NCBI GenBank assembly: GCA_951406725.2
Contig: OX597839.1
Span: 37,138,001-37,202,000 of the forward strand
Direction of reading: 5' to 3'
Origin: Octopus vulgaris
Lineage: Eukaryota
Length of the DNA stretch: 64,000 nucleotides
Below, piece by piece: positions 1 to 11,581 of this stretch (its first letter is position 1; every line of letters begins with the position of its first letter). The notes below the pieces were generated by a model that worked only from the letters and a program-made list of their open reading frames with translations, had not been told where the DNA came from and made no database searches. Position numbers and translations under genes: made by a program.

Positions 1-125
1 AAGCTAGTGTTAGGAATATAAATTGTGACTAAGGTTTGGTGAAAGATTTTAATTTAGAACTTATGTAAACAAGACATTTGTACAAGAGAGCCAGAGGCGA
101 GCCGGGTTGGTATTGAAAGGTTTAA
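1..125 (+). mobile_element. Right part of piggyBac-type MITE (family M1), cut by window edge
   Basis: Matches the right half of the element at 171-391 and ends ...TTGAAAGGTTTAA. Confidence 0.75.
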
Positions 126-151
126 TATGAATACTCAGGTTTTAAGCCATT

Positions 152-600
152 AAGCTGGTAGAATCATTAACCCTTTCGTTACTGTATTTATTTTGAGATG
201 CTCTGTGTTTCTTTCAATTACTTTAAATATAACAAAGAATTTAGTAAAATAACTTAGTTATCATTAAGCTAGTGTTAGGAACATAAATTGTGACTAAGGT
301 TTAGTGGAAGATTTTAATTAAAAACTTATGAAAACAAAACATTTGTACCTCAGAGCCAGAGCTGGTTTCAGCTGGGTTGGTAACGAAAGGGTTAAGCACA
401 GCAGGCAAAATACTTAGTGGCATTTTATTTGTCTTTATGTTGAGCTCAAATTCAGCTGAGTCTGAATTTGCCTTTCATCTTTAGAGGATTGATAAAATAA
501 GTACCAGTTGTACACTGGGATCGATGTAATCAATTTCTCCTTCCTTTGAAATTGCTGGACTTGTGTGAAAATTTGAAACCAGTAGGAATACTAAGGTGCA
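152..600 (+). mobile_element. SINE family B, split by MITE
   Basis: Shares GAGCTCAAATTC...TTTGCCTTTCATC...GATAAAATAAGTACCAG with copies at 4823, 10495, 32474, 59971. Confidence 0.7.
171..391 (+). mobile_element. piggyBac-type MITE (family M1) inserted in a SINE B copy
   Basis: TIRs CCCTTTCGTTAC/GTAACGAAAGGG with TTAA at 167-170 and 392-395; SINE B head (AGCTGGTAGAATC) on the left continues (GCACAGCAGGC) on the right. Confidence 0.85.
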
Positions 601-632
601 AGCTGGCAGAATGATTAGTACATTCTCTCTCT

Positions 633-1041
633 CTTTTACTCTTTTACTTGTTTCAGTCATTTGACTGTGGCCATGCTGGAGCACTGCCTTTAGTCGAGCA
701 AATCGACCCCGGGACTTATTCTTTGTAAGCCCAGTACTTATTCTATCGGTCTCTTTTGCCGAACCGCTAAGTAACGGGGACGTAAACACACCAGCATCAG
801 TTGTCAAGCAATGCTAGGGGGACAAACACAGACACACAAACATACACGCACACATATATACATATATATACATATATACGACGGGCTTCTTTCAGTTTCC
901 GTCTGCCAAATCCACTCACAAGGCATTGGTCGGCCCGGGGCTATAGCAGAAGACACTTGCTCAAGATGCCATGCAGTGGGACTGAACCCGGAACCATGTG
1001 GTTAGTTAGCAAGCTACTTACCACACAGCCACTCCTGCACC
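633..1041 (-). mobile_element. tRNA-derived SINE family A, full length
   Basis: Reverse complement of the copies at 31584, 43562, 54801; A-box-like TGGCTGTGTGG, B-box-like GGTTCAGTCCC, internal TA/TG microsatellite, (GTAAAAGA)n tail. Confidence 0.9.
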
Positions 1042-1044
1042 TAT

Positions 1045-1215
1045 GGGGGAAATGGTTAGTAGTATTTCATCCGTCTTTTTACATTCTGAGTTTAAATTTC
1101 ACCAAAGTCAACTTTGCTTTTCATCCTCTTGGGGTTGATGAAACCAATCGAGTACTTGACTTTTCCCCTCCCCTTAAAAACTGCTGGCACTGGGACAAAA
1201 TTTGAAACCAATATT
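1045..1215 (+). mobile_element. Diverged SINE family B fragment
   Basis: TTCTGAGTTTAAATTTCACC...TTTGCTTTTCATCC motif. Confidence 0.6.
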
Positions 1216-1450
1216 AACATGAATGCTAATTATTCAAATTACTTCATATTAATCGTATTATGAAATGTTCACCGTCGTAACAACAACAAAACACTAACAA
1301 CCACAACAACAACAGCAATAATAAAAATTACATTGATAATGATAGTAATTATCGTTGTTGTTATTGTGAAATAACGATTTCCTTTGATTTCCCTGGCTAT
1401 TGATTTCTTTGGCCAGAAAATATTAATATCAAAAACAAATAACACCAGAA

Positions 1451-1499
<49 letters not shown>

Positions 1500-2324
1500 G
1501 TCTCCTTCTTCTTTGGATGTCTGTCGTATGGAGGTTGATGACAGTGACTTCCTTTCTTTGGAATTCGTTTATGATTGTCCTCAGATGTGATTTCCATCAA
1601 TATAAAATGTTTTTTAACGAGAGAGAGGGAGAGAGAGAAATGGGAGAGGGAGAGATCTGAAATGACCAGAGGACTTCAAGGCAAGGAAACAAACACGGGG
1701 TCCCTCTCTAACCTTCCACTTCCATCTCCCTTCCTTCATCTCCTTCCTTTCTACTTTGTAATTGTGTTTGTTTAAGAGAAAAAAATGGGGGGGGGGAGAA
1801 AGGGGATAAAAGGGAGAGAGGAAAAGAAAGAAAGAGAGGTGGGTGAGAGAAAGAGGGAGAAGATAATGTGGGTGATAGTGTGGGTTACTAGTTAGTCATC
1901 GATAGAGGGTGTTTGATGCACAGGGTTGTGAACTGTTTCTTCAGTGACCCCCAACGACAGCTGCTTCCACACTCATTATTCCTACCATGACCACCACCAC
2001 CATTCAATTGTACTCTTCTGTATTCTTACATATAAGGGGAAAAAAGTTCTTTGATTCCTTCATATTGCTTTATTACACTTAACAGTTTTTTTTGCTTGCC
2101 CCTGATGTTTACTTAGACCCACTGTTGTTACTTCATAGTAGTTATCTATTCATATCAGCCCCTGTCCTTCCCTATGTGCAGGGTAGGTACGTTATCTGTA
2201 TCAGTTTGAATGGTGACCTGGGAATGTTGTTAGTAGTTTCCTCATAGTTAATCTGTTGAAGCTCTTCGATTCACTCGACTTTGAGCATGGAAAAAGAAGG
2301 ATGTTAAATGATGACAATAATGCA

Positions 2325-2377
<53 letters not shown>

Positions 2378-3278
2378 GTGTTCTCTTTTTAACTATTTGA
2401 AATCTTCCTCTGAAGAAGGAGCTGGTTTCTAACAAAGATAGAAAACGTCACCATTGCAATGTAAATAACAAAAACAAATTCACATTTTAAACTTGAGAAA
2501 AGTCTGGCATATTTTTACTGTTCCACTTACTGATTGTATTGTACAAATTCCTTTTCTGGAAAGCCTAGCTTATCCAGATTGTCACTAGGCATCTACTTTT
2601 TATATAACATATTGTTTATAAACAATCACCCATAGTGTCCCAACATAAAATTTCCTCTGTATTAACATCTTAGGTTTCTTAGCGTATTTCCCCTTTAACT
2701 GGTAATTAACATCATGATTCAAAGTCTTCCCCTACCTGCCCCTTTTTATAGACAGTTACTTATATCCAACTGACAACTTCTAATGTCTTATTTCCTCCCA
2801 GTGGGGGAAAAGGGATATATATGATAATATTTATGACCATACCTAACCATGAGCTGTCAACTCACTCTTGCCCTTTATTCAAAATAGACACAGTCTTCTA
2901 GTCTTAGAACACTCACAACACTATGACTACAAACAGGCTTCATGTGATTCTTGAAAGTGTAGTCTATTCTTAGCTACAATTGCAACAACATGAATTTCTT
3001 CCATCTTCTTGCTCTGTTAAAGTATTTGAGAAAAATTATATGAATGTGTCCTACTTGTTAAAATTCTATTTATTTTTTTGTGCAGTTGATGATAGCACTA
3101 CATTTAAATTGATGTAACGATTGCATTGTTCAATTAAATAGAGTCACTTGAAACGCATCACATCTTGATATCCTGTTGCTTATTTTGATTTTATTCACTT
3201 TACTTTGAGCTGTGCAGATAATACTGGACTGACTTGCTGCTTCAACCTAAGTACCTAATCCAACTGATCTCAATTATT

Positions 3279-3317
<39 letters not shown>

Positions 3318-3332
3318 AATGTGCAAATTATT

Positions 3333-3363
<31 letters not shown>

Positions 3364-3948
3364 TAATTTGCACACACACACACATATATATAGACACACC
3401 GCTGAAAAGTGGAGAGATTTCATTTATAAAAATATCCTTGGAGATCAACTGGCAGTAGACATCAAGCAATCAATGTCAAATTAATTGAATGAATACCTGT
3501 ATTTATTTTATCTATATTATATTTATTTTATATATATATATGACTCTAACTCATTTGATAACAGCCTCCATAATTTTCTTCTCTTAGATTAATTATTTGT
3601 CAAATGCTATTTGAGCTGAACTTTCTCATTAACTCGACCACAAGACATTAACCCAACATAACCCCAAACAGGGTGAAGTCAGCAGACCAATTTTGGACAA
3701 TACTATACGTATATCAAACAGAACATTTCACTAATGTTATAGATAAATATGAATGCTTGAATCAAATGGTTGAGATCAATAAAAAAAAATAACAAAACCA
3801 TCAAAAAATATTCAGGCTTTTATTCACTGGGTTCAATATCTGTGGTTCTCAAAGGAAATTCCTTCTAAAAGCATCTCAGTATTTTGATTCTTCAATTAAA
3901 TTGTACTGAGTTCTTTCTGTCTAAATATAACTTAGTATTTTATAGCTA

Positions 3949-3983
<35 letters not shown>

Positions 3984-3993
3984 TCATTCATCC

Positions 3994-4024
<31 letters not shown>

Positions 4025-4081
4025 TGTATGTGTGTGTGTGTGTGTGTGTGTATGAATGCATGCATATATGTATGTAAGCAC

Positions 4082-4320
4082 ATAAATGCAAGACAACGTG
4101 GGAAAATAATAGTACTCAAAAATCGGAGGTAGAGTAATATACTTTTTTTTTTTTATTAAAGCTGAAAAAAACATGACAAAAAGAAACTGTTACTCAGAGT
4201 TTCACATTTCCATTCGTCAGACAGTTGTGATCAAGTCTTGATCACAAGTATCCAACAAACAGCAATGTGAAACTCTGAGTAACAGTTTTTTTTGTCATGT
4301 TTTTGCAGCTTTACTAAAAA
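4082..4320. mobile_element. Penelope-like pseudo-LTR-derived fold-back element (family P4)
   Basis: Inverted arms (CTGTTACTCAGAGTTTCACATT / AATGTGAAACTCTGAGTAACAG) around palindromic TTGTGATCAAGTCTTGATCACAA; relatives at 46153-46300 and 18198-18240; Penelope origin inferred from hammerhead plus inverted layout. Confidence 0.65.
4187..4224 (-). ncRNA. Minimal type I hammerhead ribozyme motif
   Basis: Minus strand CTGT-CTGACGA-ATG-GAAA-TGT-GAAA-CTC-T-GAG-TA-ACAG: stem I CTGT/ACAG, intact core, wobble stem II, palindromic stem III, GUA site. Confidence 0.75.
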
Positions 4321-4336
4321 GTGTGTGTGTGTGTAT

Positions 4337-4427
<91 letters not shown>

Positions 4428-4529
4428 AAAGTGTGTGTGTGTATATATATATGTATGTGTGTGTATATATACATATGTGCATGTAATATATATTTGTGTA
4501 TGTAAATATGCATATATCATCATGACCAT

Positions 4530-4820
4530 CATTATCATTTAATGTCTGTTTTCCATGCTGGTATGGGTCGGACAGTTTGACAGGAGCTGCCTAGACAGAA
4601 AACTGCACCAGGCTTCAGTGTCTGTTTTGGCATGGTTTTTACAGCCAGACGCCCTTCCAAACACCAACCACTTTACTGTGTGGGCTGGATGCTTTTTATG
4701 TGGCACCAGCACTGGCAGGGTCACCAAGTAACTTGCAAGACAAAGATCCTTTGAATGAGGAGGGAGCATTGGGGGAGTCAACCTTGTGTCAGGTGATGAA
4801 AGGTTAGAGTGTGACAGAAA
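4530..4820 (-). mobile_element. RTE-tail short retroposon (family E), diverged
   Basis: (CAT)n-TTTAATGTCTGTTTTCCATGCTGG...GACGCCCTTCC...CCAACCAC as at 22601 and 58610. Confidence 0.7.
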
Positions 4821-4822
4821 TA

Positions 4823-5060
4823 GCGAGCTGGCAGAAACGTTAGCACACTGGACGAAATATTTATCGGCATTTCGTCTGTCTTTACACTCTGAGTTCAAAT
4901 TCCACCGAGGTTGACTTTGCCTTTCAACCTTTCGAGGTCGATTAAATAAGTACCAGTTACACACTGGGGTCGATATAATCAACTTAATCCCTTTGTCGGT
5001 CCTTGTTTGTCCCCTCTATGTTTAGCCCCTGGTGGGTAATAAAGAAATAAGAAATAAGAA
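4823..5060 (+). mobile_element. SINE family B, full length, nested in family E copy
   Basis: GCGAGCTGGCAGAAACGTTAGC head, B-box GAGTTCAAATTCC, (AAGAAAT)n tail. Confidence 0.85.
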
Positions 5061-5368
5061 ACAGGTACCTTGCTGTAGAGGAGATATATAGTTATTCGCT
5101 CAGAAAGAGAGAATGAGCGATAATGAGGACAGAAACAGGTGTGTTGCTGGAGAGAAAATACATGGTTACCCAGGTATCTTCAGTCAGAGGGAGAGAGCAA
5201 GAGAAAGAGAGACAGGGTGGAAGAGAGTGAGAGTGCAAGAGAAAGCAGGAGAGAGATGGTGACAAGGTACCAAGACATACTCACAAGTAACGGAGATCAG
5301 AATACAAAAAATGGTAGGGTATGGCCAAAGGTGCATGAGTAAGGAGTAGGGACTTCACATGAACTTAA

Positions 5369-5588
5369 CCCTTTAGTATTTAAACCGGCCATGTCCGGCC
5401 AAAATAGTTAATCTGTTTTATGTTCAAACTGACCAGATCCAGGCCCTCACACCTACCCTACAATGTTATTCTACATTAAGTAATTACACCATCAAGATCT
5501 TTGAAGATATGAGATAATGCATGATTAATTCAAATCAATGGGAATCAATAAGCATTATGCTTGATAGAATAATCTGAACACTAAAGGG
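5369..5588 (+). mobile_element. piggyBac-type MITE (family M2)
   Basis: CCCTTTAGT...ACTAAAGGG termini with TTAA at both ends; homologous to 50622-50842. Confidence 0.85.
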
Positions 5589-5910
5589 TTAAAGAGTGTT
5601 GGGGTGGGGAATGCAATGACTGGTGAAATCTTAGTACATAGAGAGGGTGCAGGACAACAAGCTAACAATGATACAGTGAGCAGGGCAGTGAGGACAGGAT
5701 TGGGGAGCGAGAGATGTGTGTGCAACAAGTAAACAGGAGTGATGCAAGGTGATTACATAACTCCCATTCTCTTGTCATTCATTAATTTATATTACTCTCT
5801 TTACTTGCATAACACTTTACTCTAAAGTATATATAACTGTGTTCTAACAACTGGTTACCAATATTGTTATGCTTAAGCAAAACCATAAGATATATATATA
5901 TACATATATA

Positions 5911-6068
5911 GGGTAAGTTTACGAAAAAAACAAAAGATGAAGACAGGTGGTGTACAAAACAAACAGATGTATTAGTATAACGCTCAGGAATAGAAAAAGT
6001 CTTTTACATTTCGAGCCTATGCTCTTCTACAGAAAGGGACACAGAAAAAACAAGGAGAGAAAAAATGT
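5911..6068 (-). mobile_element. Hammerhead-bearing short element (family P2) in (TA)n
   Basis: Homologous to 27178, 28776, 36555, 54350; TA repeats on both sides. Confidence 0.7.
6001..6036 (-). ncRNA. Hammerhead-like motif with non-canonical core (CUGUAGA)
   Basis: Minus strand CTTT-CTGTAGA-A-GAGC-ATAG-GCTC-GAAA-TGTA-AAAG. Confidence 0.55.
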
Positions 6069-6069
6069 A

Positions 6070-6105
<36 letters not shown>

Positions 6106-6126
6106 CATACATACATACATACATAC

Positions 6127-6162
<36 letters not shown>

Positions 6163-6273
6163 CAATAATACAAAGGGATACAGACAGTAACTGCTCGATA
6201 ACATAAGGGACTAAAGCCATCTGAATATGGCTAGGGACAGGGCAGGGTGGTGATGTTGCATAGCCAGGAACAT

Positions 6274-6318
<45 letters not shown>

Positions 6319-6884
6319 AACCTACATATATATTGACCACGGTGGAATTTGAACTCAGAACGTAGTAGCGGATGAAATGTTGCCAAGCATTTCGCCTGGT
6401 GTGTGAAATATTCTGCCAGTTCACCGCCTTAAGAAGAATATTAATAATAAAACCGTTTGTCTCTATCTCTCCACCCCAGCCCCCCCCCCTCACCAACCCC
6501 TGTTGAAACAGAAGCCAATCAATTATAGCCATAGTTTCCACTCACCAATACAGTTATTGATCAGTGTCATATTTATTGATGAAACAATGGCTTTGGAATA
6601 TAATTTCAACTTAACACTGCATATTGTCACTTAACAAAATAAATTTAACTCCACCTTCGCCGCTGCCACAATCACCACCACCACCACCACCATCTCCAAC
6701 ACCACCACCTGACCATGACATTTACCACTTCCACAATGACACTTTCTTTCCAACCTCACTCCACCCCAATTCCATGCCCACCTCCACTTTTGACATCGCC
6801 AACACCATGACAACGCCCCTACCACAACACTCGCCACAACCACCACCGTGACACTCACCACATCATCCCCAACTAACAACCACC

Positions 6885-7195
6885 ACTACCGCAATACCAC
6901 CGCGATGACAACACCTCCACCATAACACCACCACCCTAACCATGACACTCTCCACCACCTCCACAACAACCCCCCCCACTTCACTCACCACCACAATACC
7001 ACCGCGACGACAACACCTCCACCACAACACCACCACCCTAACCATGACACTCCCCACCACCTCCACAACACCCCCCCCACTTCACTCACCACCACAATAC
7101 CACCGCGACGACAACACCTCCACCACAACACCACCACCCTAACCATGACACTCCCCACCACCTCCACAACAAACCCCCACTTCACCCTCCACCAC
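6885..7195. repeat. C/A-rich tandem repeat, ~100 bp x3
   Basis: CAATACCACCGCGA...CCCTAACCATGACACTC...CACTTCAC recurs three times. Confidence 0.85.
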
Positions 7196-7523
7196 CAACG
7201 GCTTTACAATATTTACTATATTTTAAATTAAATTGTAACATCTTTTTTATTGTTGCCTAAGTTTATTTTTATAATTTCATTTTGTTTTTATTTATCGTGT
7301 TTACATGTTTTATTTATATATTTATGTACCTTTTTTGTCTTGTGTTTAATTTTTGTGGTTTTGTGTATTTATCTAAGTTTATATCGAACTTCTTTATTTG
7401 TGTATTTTGTTTTAAAGTTAGTGTTTGGAGTTAATTTATTTCTATGTTGTTTGAGTGTTTTTTTTTAGTATATGTGTGTTTGTCCGTGTGTGTATATATA
7501 TATATATATTGACTTATTGAAGT

Positions 7524-7566
7524 CCACCTGAAGATTGTCGATCAAGACAAGAAACGATTGTAGTGG
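7524..7566 (+). ncRNA. Minimal type I hammerhead ribozyme, canonical core (family P5)
   Basis: CCAC-CTGAAGA-TTGTC-GATCAA-GACAA-GAAA-CGATTG-TA-GTGG: stem I CCAC/GTGG, stem II TTGTC/GACAA, near-palindromic stem III ACGATTGT, GUA site; inside a ~150 bp insert between (TA)n runs. Confidence 0.85.
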
Positions 7567-7789
7567 CGTTTTTTTTTACTATTTATTAAAATTTTATGTA
7601 TTGATTAAGTCTTTCCTTGTTTGTTTTGCAAAATAGTGGTTTTGTCTCTAATAATATTTTATATATATATATATATATATATACATAAACACACACACAA
7701 ATATATATATATTTTATCGACCCCAAAAGATGTGTATGCATATATACATATGTGTATGTATATGCATATGTGTATAAGTGTGTGTGTGT

Positions 7790-8090
7790 GTGTGTGTAAG
7801 TGTTGTAAGAGACTTCTTGAGTGTTGTGTGTGTATGTGAATGTATATAGTTGCATATGTTATGTGTGTATATATGTATATGTGTGTATGTATATGTGTGT
7901 GTATGTATATGTGTGTGTATGTGTGTGTGTGTATATGTATGTGTGTGTATGTGTGTGTGTATATGTATATGTGTGTGTATATGTATATGTGTGTGTATGT
8001 GTGTGTGTGTAAGTGTTGTAAGAGTGTTCCTGAGTGTTGTGTGTGTATGTGAATGTATATAGTTGCATATATTATGTGTATATATATGTA
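7790..8090. repeat. Local direct duplication within TG/TA microsatellite
   Basis: GTAAGTGTTGTAAGAG...TGAGTGTTGTGTGTGTATGTGAATGTATATAGTTGCATAT at ~7796 and ~8009. Confidence 0.8.
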
Positions 8091-9279
8091 TATGTATGTG
8101 TGTGTATATTTGTGTGTATAGGTTTTAAAACTTCACATATCATCAGTAAGACAGTTGTCATTACTGTTTAGGTTGTTGTTGTTATTGTTGTTGTCATTGT
8201 TATTGTTTTCATGAGGTTTCTGTCGTTTTTCCTCTGCGACATTTTCCCACTTGTTGTCGTTGTTGTTGTTATTCTCTGCTGTTACAGCTGTTGTTACTGT
8301 TTCTCCGTTTGTTTTCGTATTTTCTTCTTCCTTGTGGGACATTGTGCGTGTGGCTGTTGTTGTCTTTGTTATTGATTGTTATTACTCTCATGGTTGTGTG
8401 TTGCTGTTGAAGCTGTTGTTGTTGTTGTTGTTGTTGTTGCCGTTCCCCCCCCCCTGCCACTAACTCAAAATTAGATTTCAATGTAAATTAAATCATCCTT
8501 GCTGAATAATTCTTCAAACTTTATCCCCGTCGTCTAATCGATCCATATAAATCATCCAAGCAATGCAATCAAACAAAAACACTCGTCATTCACGTAGAAC
8601 TCCCACCGGCTACCTGCAGTCAAGTCATCCATTGAGTCATTGTGCCACAAGCAAGGAGGACAATGTAGAAGGAAGAAGCAGTCTCCAGATTAAATGCTTC
8701 TGTGAAAGAATACTAAGTGATGGCATCTCCATCGGCTTTGGCAAGGAGCCTTCACCTGTACAATCAACAGGATCCCTGCTTGTGAAAGTTAGCATGAGCC
8801 CTTAGAATTATTGGGTTGGTATCTAGCATGCTGGGAAGACCATTGGGAGTGAGGCACCCCTTAGCTTTTGTTAAAGCATGTCTCTTGAACCCACTTCAAA
8901 CCCAGGCTGTGTCTGCTCTGATTATAATCATCAGTGACTTGGTCAGTAAATCATCTGCTTTGGTTGACAATTTGTGGGATGAGATGAGCTGGAATGAAAG
9001 GGCTGTGATGTCAATGGTCAAAGGGGACCTGACCAGAACAGGAAAGGAAATGAATGTCAATTGAATAAGCTAGAGGGATTGATAGTAGCAGCTGCTAACA
9101 TTAGGTACAAGAGTGGGATGCGTGTTTTGGACTTAGTACAGCTAGACAACCGACAACAAGGAGGTAGGTCAACCATATCTTATTCCCCCACATTACGGTT
9201 CCCTTGTACAACAAGCTATTTCAGCAGTCACTTCTCATGTATAAATATATTACTCCCTTATTGTTGTTCCTTCCACAAT

Positions 9280-9498
9280 ATGGCAGCAAAGATAAGGATA
9301 GGCAGTGATACCATCAGATCTTTCCATAACGGAGATGTTGGGGTCTGAATCTGTAAGATCAAGGTAGGGCCAGGCTACAAGGCATCAACGATATAGTTGG
9401 TCTCATGGCCCTATACTTGGAGGGAAGCACGCTAGCACTCAAGAGAGATGAGGAAGACCAACTGAGCATGAAAAAGATTGAGCAGCGCTTGAGGGAAG
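9280..9498 (+). pseudogene. Decayed Ty3/gypsy-like gag N-terminus
   Basis: Across a stop and frameshifts: MAAKIRIGSDTIRSFHNGDVGV*ICKIKV / ARLQGINDIVGLMALYLEGSTLAL / DEEDQLSMKKIEQRLRE; resembles (from recall) invertebrate gypsy gag GDV..W..K...VARLQ...PLYLEG.AL. Confidence 0.65.
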
Positions 9499-9504
9499 AT
9501 ATAT

Positions 9505-9730
9505 GGCTCATGATTGTAAGATCGTGAGTTCAACTCCCAGCAGGGTATTGTGTCCTTGAGCAAGACTCTTTATTTAACACTGCTCCAGTCTACTCAGCTG
9601 GCAAAAATGAGTAACGCTGCGATGGACTGGCGTCCCGTCCAGCTGGGGAACACATACGCCATTGAAACCGGGAATTCGGGCCCATGAGTCTGGTCAGGCT
9701 TTAAAAAGGTGCATTTATTTTTTATTTATT
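9505..9730 (+). mobile_element. SINE family D (CORE-like body, tail shared with family C)
   Basis: GAGTTCAACTCCC B-box, GTGTCCTTGAGCAAGAC core-like motif, GCGATGGACTGGCGTCCCGTCCAGC tail as at 22015. Confidence 0.75.
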
Positions 9731-10494
9731 ATTCCATGGAAAACATGTCTGGTCATGGGAAATATTACCTTGCTTAGAAAACAAATGAGGCTTGAAGGCA
9801 TCTAGCCATAGAAAATCTACCTCAACAAATTCCATCCAACTCATGAAAGCATAGAAAAGTGAATGTTAAACAAACACGATGAATGATGATGATGATAATA
9901 TCTATATAGATATATATATCTTGGTCCTGCCATAATATTGACTTTTGTCTCTTATATTAATGCCTTCTCCATTGTTTCCATAACATTGCAATTTGTGTAT
10001 TTTGAAAGTTATTGGAAATTTCATGATTATTACTGGCTAGGAATTATTCTTCGTTTCTATTAATTATTCGAACAGCTGCTTCATTTATATTAAACAGTTT
10101 CCATTGAAACATATTCATTATGAAGTTGGTTTAATAATTTTAATTGTTATTTCTAGGAAAATCGATTTTCTTGACATTTGGAAACTGTTATTCGATATCG
10201 TTAATATTTGACTAAGAAAATAAAATAAAGATAAATAACATTTAACATTATGATAAATAATTATATAACAATTATGCGATAATAGCTATATGATATACTT
10301 ATCATATAATAATTAAATAATAATTATTTGATATAATAATAAATAATGTTTTTGTCATTTGTATTAAAGAACAATCTAGAAGTTGATTTGCCTCCATATC
10401 TCTTCATTACATGTCACAGGATATTAAGATCACTACAAAAGTTAATTAATCAAAAATATTAGCAGTAGTAGTAGTAGATGGTGGTGGTGGTGGT

Positions 10495-10660
10495 GGTGAG
10501 CTGGCAGAATCGCTAGCACACTGAACAATAATACTTAGTGGCATTTCATCTGTCTGTACGTTCTGAGCTCAAATCCTGCCGGAGTCGACTTTGCCCTTTC
10601 ATCCTTTCAAGGTCGATAAAATAAGTATCAGTTGAATACTGGGGTCGATTCATTGACTTA
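10495..10660 (+). mobile_element. SINE family B, 3'-truncated
   Basis: GAGCTGGCAGAATCG head through GGGGTCGAT. Confidence 0.75.
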
Positions 10661-10845
10661 GCCCCAGCTGGACGGGACGCCAGTCCATCGCAGCGTTACT
10701 CATTTTTGCCAGCTGAGTGGACTGGAGCAACGTGAAATGAAGTGTTTTGCTCAAGAACACAACACGTCGCCTGGTCCAAGAATCGAAACCACAATTTTAA
10801 GATCATGATGCTGACACCCTAACCACTAAACCACGCACCTCCACA
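10661..10845 (-). mobile_element. SINE family D
   Basis: Reverse complement of 9505-9650. Confidence 0.75.
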
Positions 10846-10932
10846 TATAAAAATATATAAAGTTATAAAAATAGATATTGTCATAAATTAATAAATTAAT
10901 AAACAGCAATATTATTAATGCAGACATACCCA

Positions 10933-10975
<43 letters not shown>

Positions 10976-11334
10976 CACTAGCAGGCATGGCATGTGCTAC
11001 CAGTGAATCGCATGTGTTACCAGCAATTGGTTCCACATTAAACTCCTTTGTCCTGCACGCTATGAGTTCAATCAATACAGCAGAGAATCGACAAAAGTGC
11101 AGAGTCTGAGATACATTATATAAGAAATGAAGAAAGCATTATTCTTTAACATATGCATGCTTCAAAGAGCAGCAGCAAGCTCGCTCAATATTTCAGCAAA
11201 ATATGCTGAGGAAATTAGGATCGTTGAACTATGTACTTCAAAGCATAGCAATACCAGAAAGTGTTTTCAGCATCTCTTGTGTTTATACAGAAAGATACAG
11301 AGACATAGAGAGATAGGAAGAATACACATCTTTT

Positions 11335-11535
11335 TTTCTTTACTTGTTTCAGTCATTAGACTGTGGCCAAGCTGGGGCACCACCTTGAAGAATTTTAGCC
11401 AAACAAATCAACCACAGTACTAGCACTTATTCTATCAGTCTCTTTTGCCAAATTACTAAGTTATGGGGCGGTAAACACCCCCCCACTGGTTGTCAAGCGG
11501 TGATGGGGGACAAACAGCCGCAAACACACACACAT

Positions 11536-11581
<46 letters not shown>

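Noticed and set aside
481-1205. Recurrent peptides MTTDAGVFTS... and ASFSFRLPNPLTRHWSARGYSRRHL...
   Set aside because: They recur because they translate SINE A copies, not a gene family
6624-7185. Pro/Thr-rich mucin-like ORFs
   Set aside because: C/A-rich tandem repeat with unit lengths that shift frame and introduce stops
10978-11295. Possible second Helitron (CTAG and TC ends on minus)
   Set aside because: No convincing subterminal hairpin and no second copy in the window
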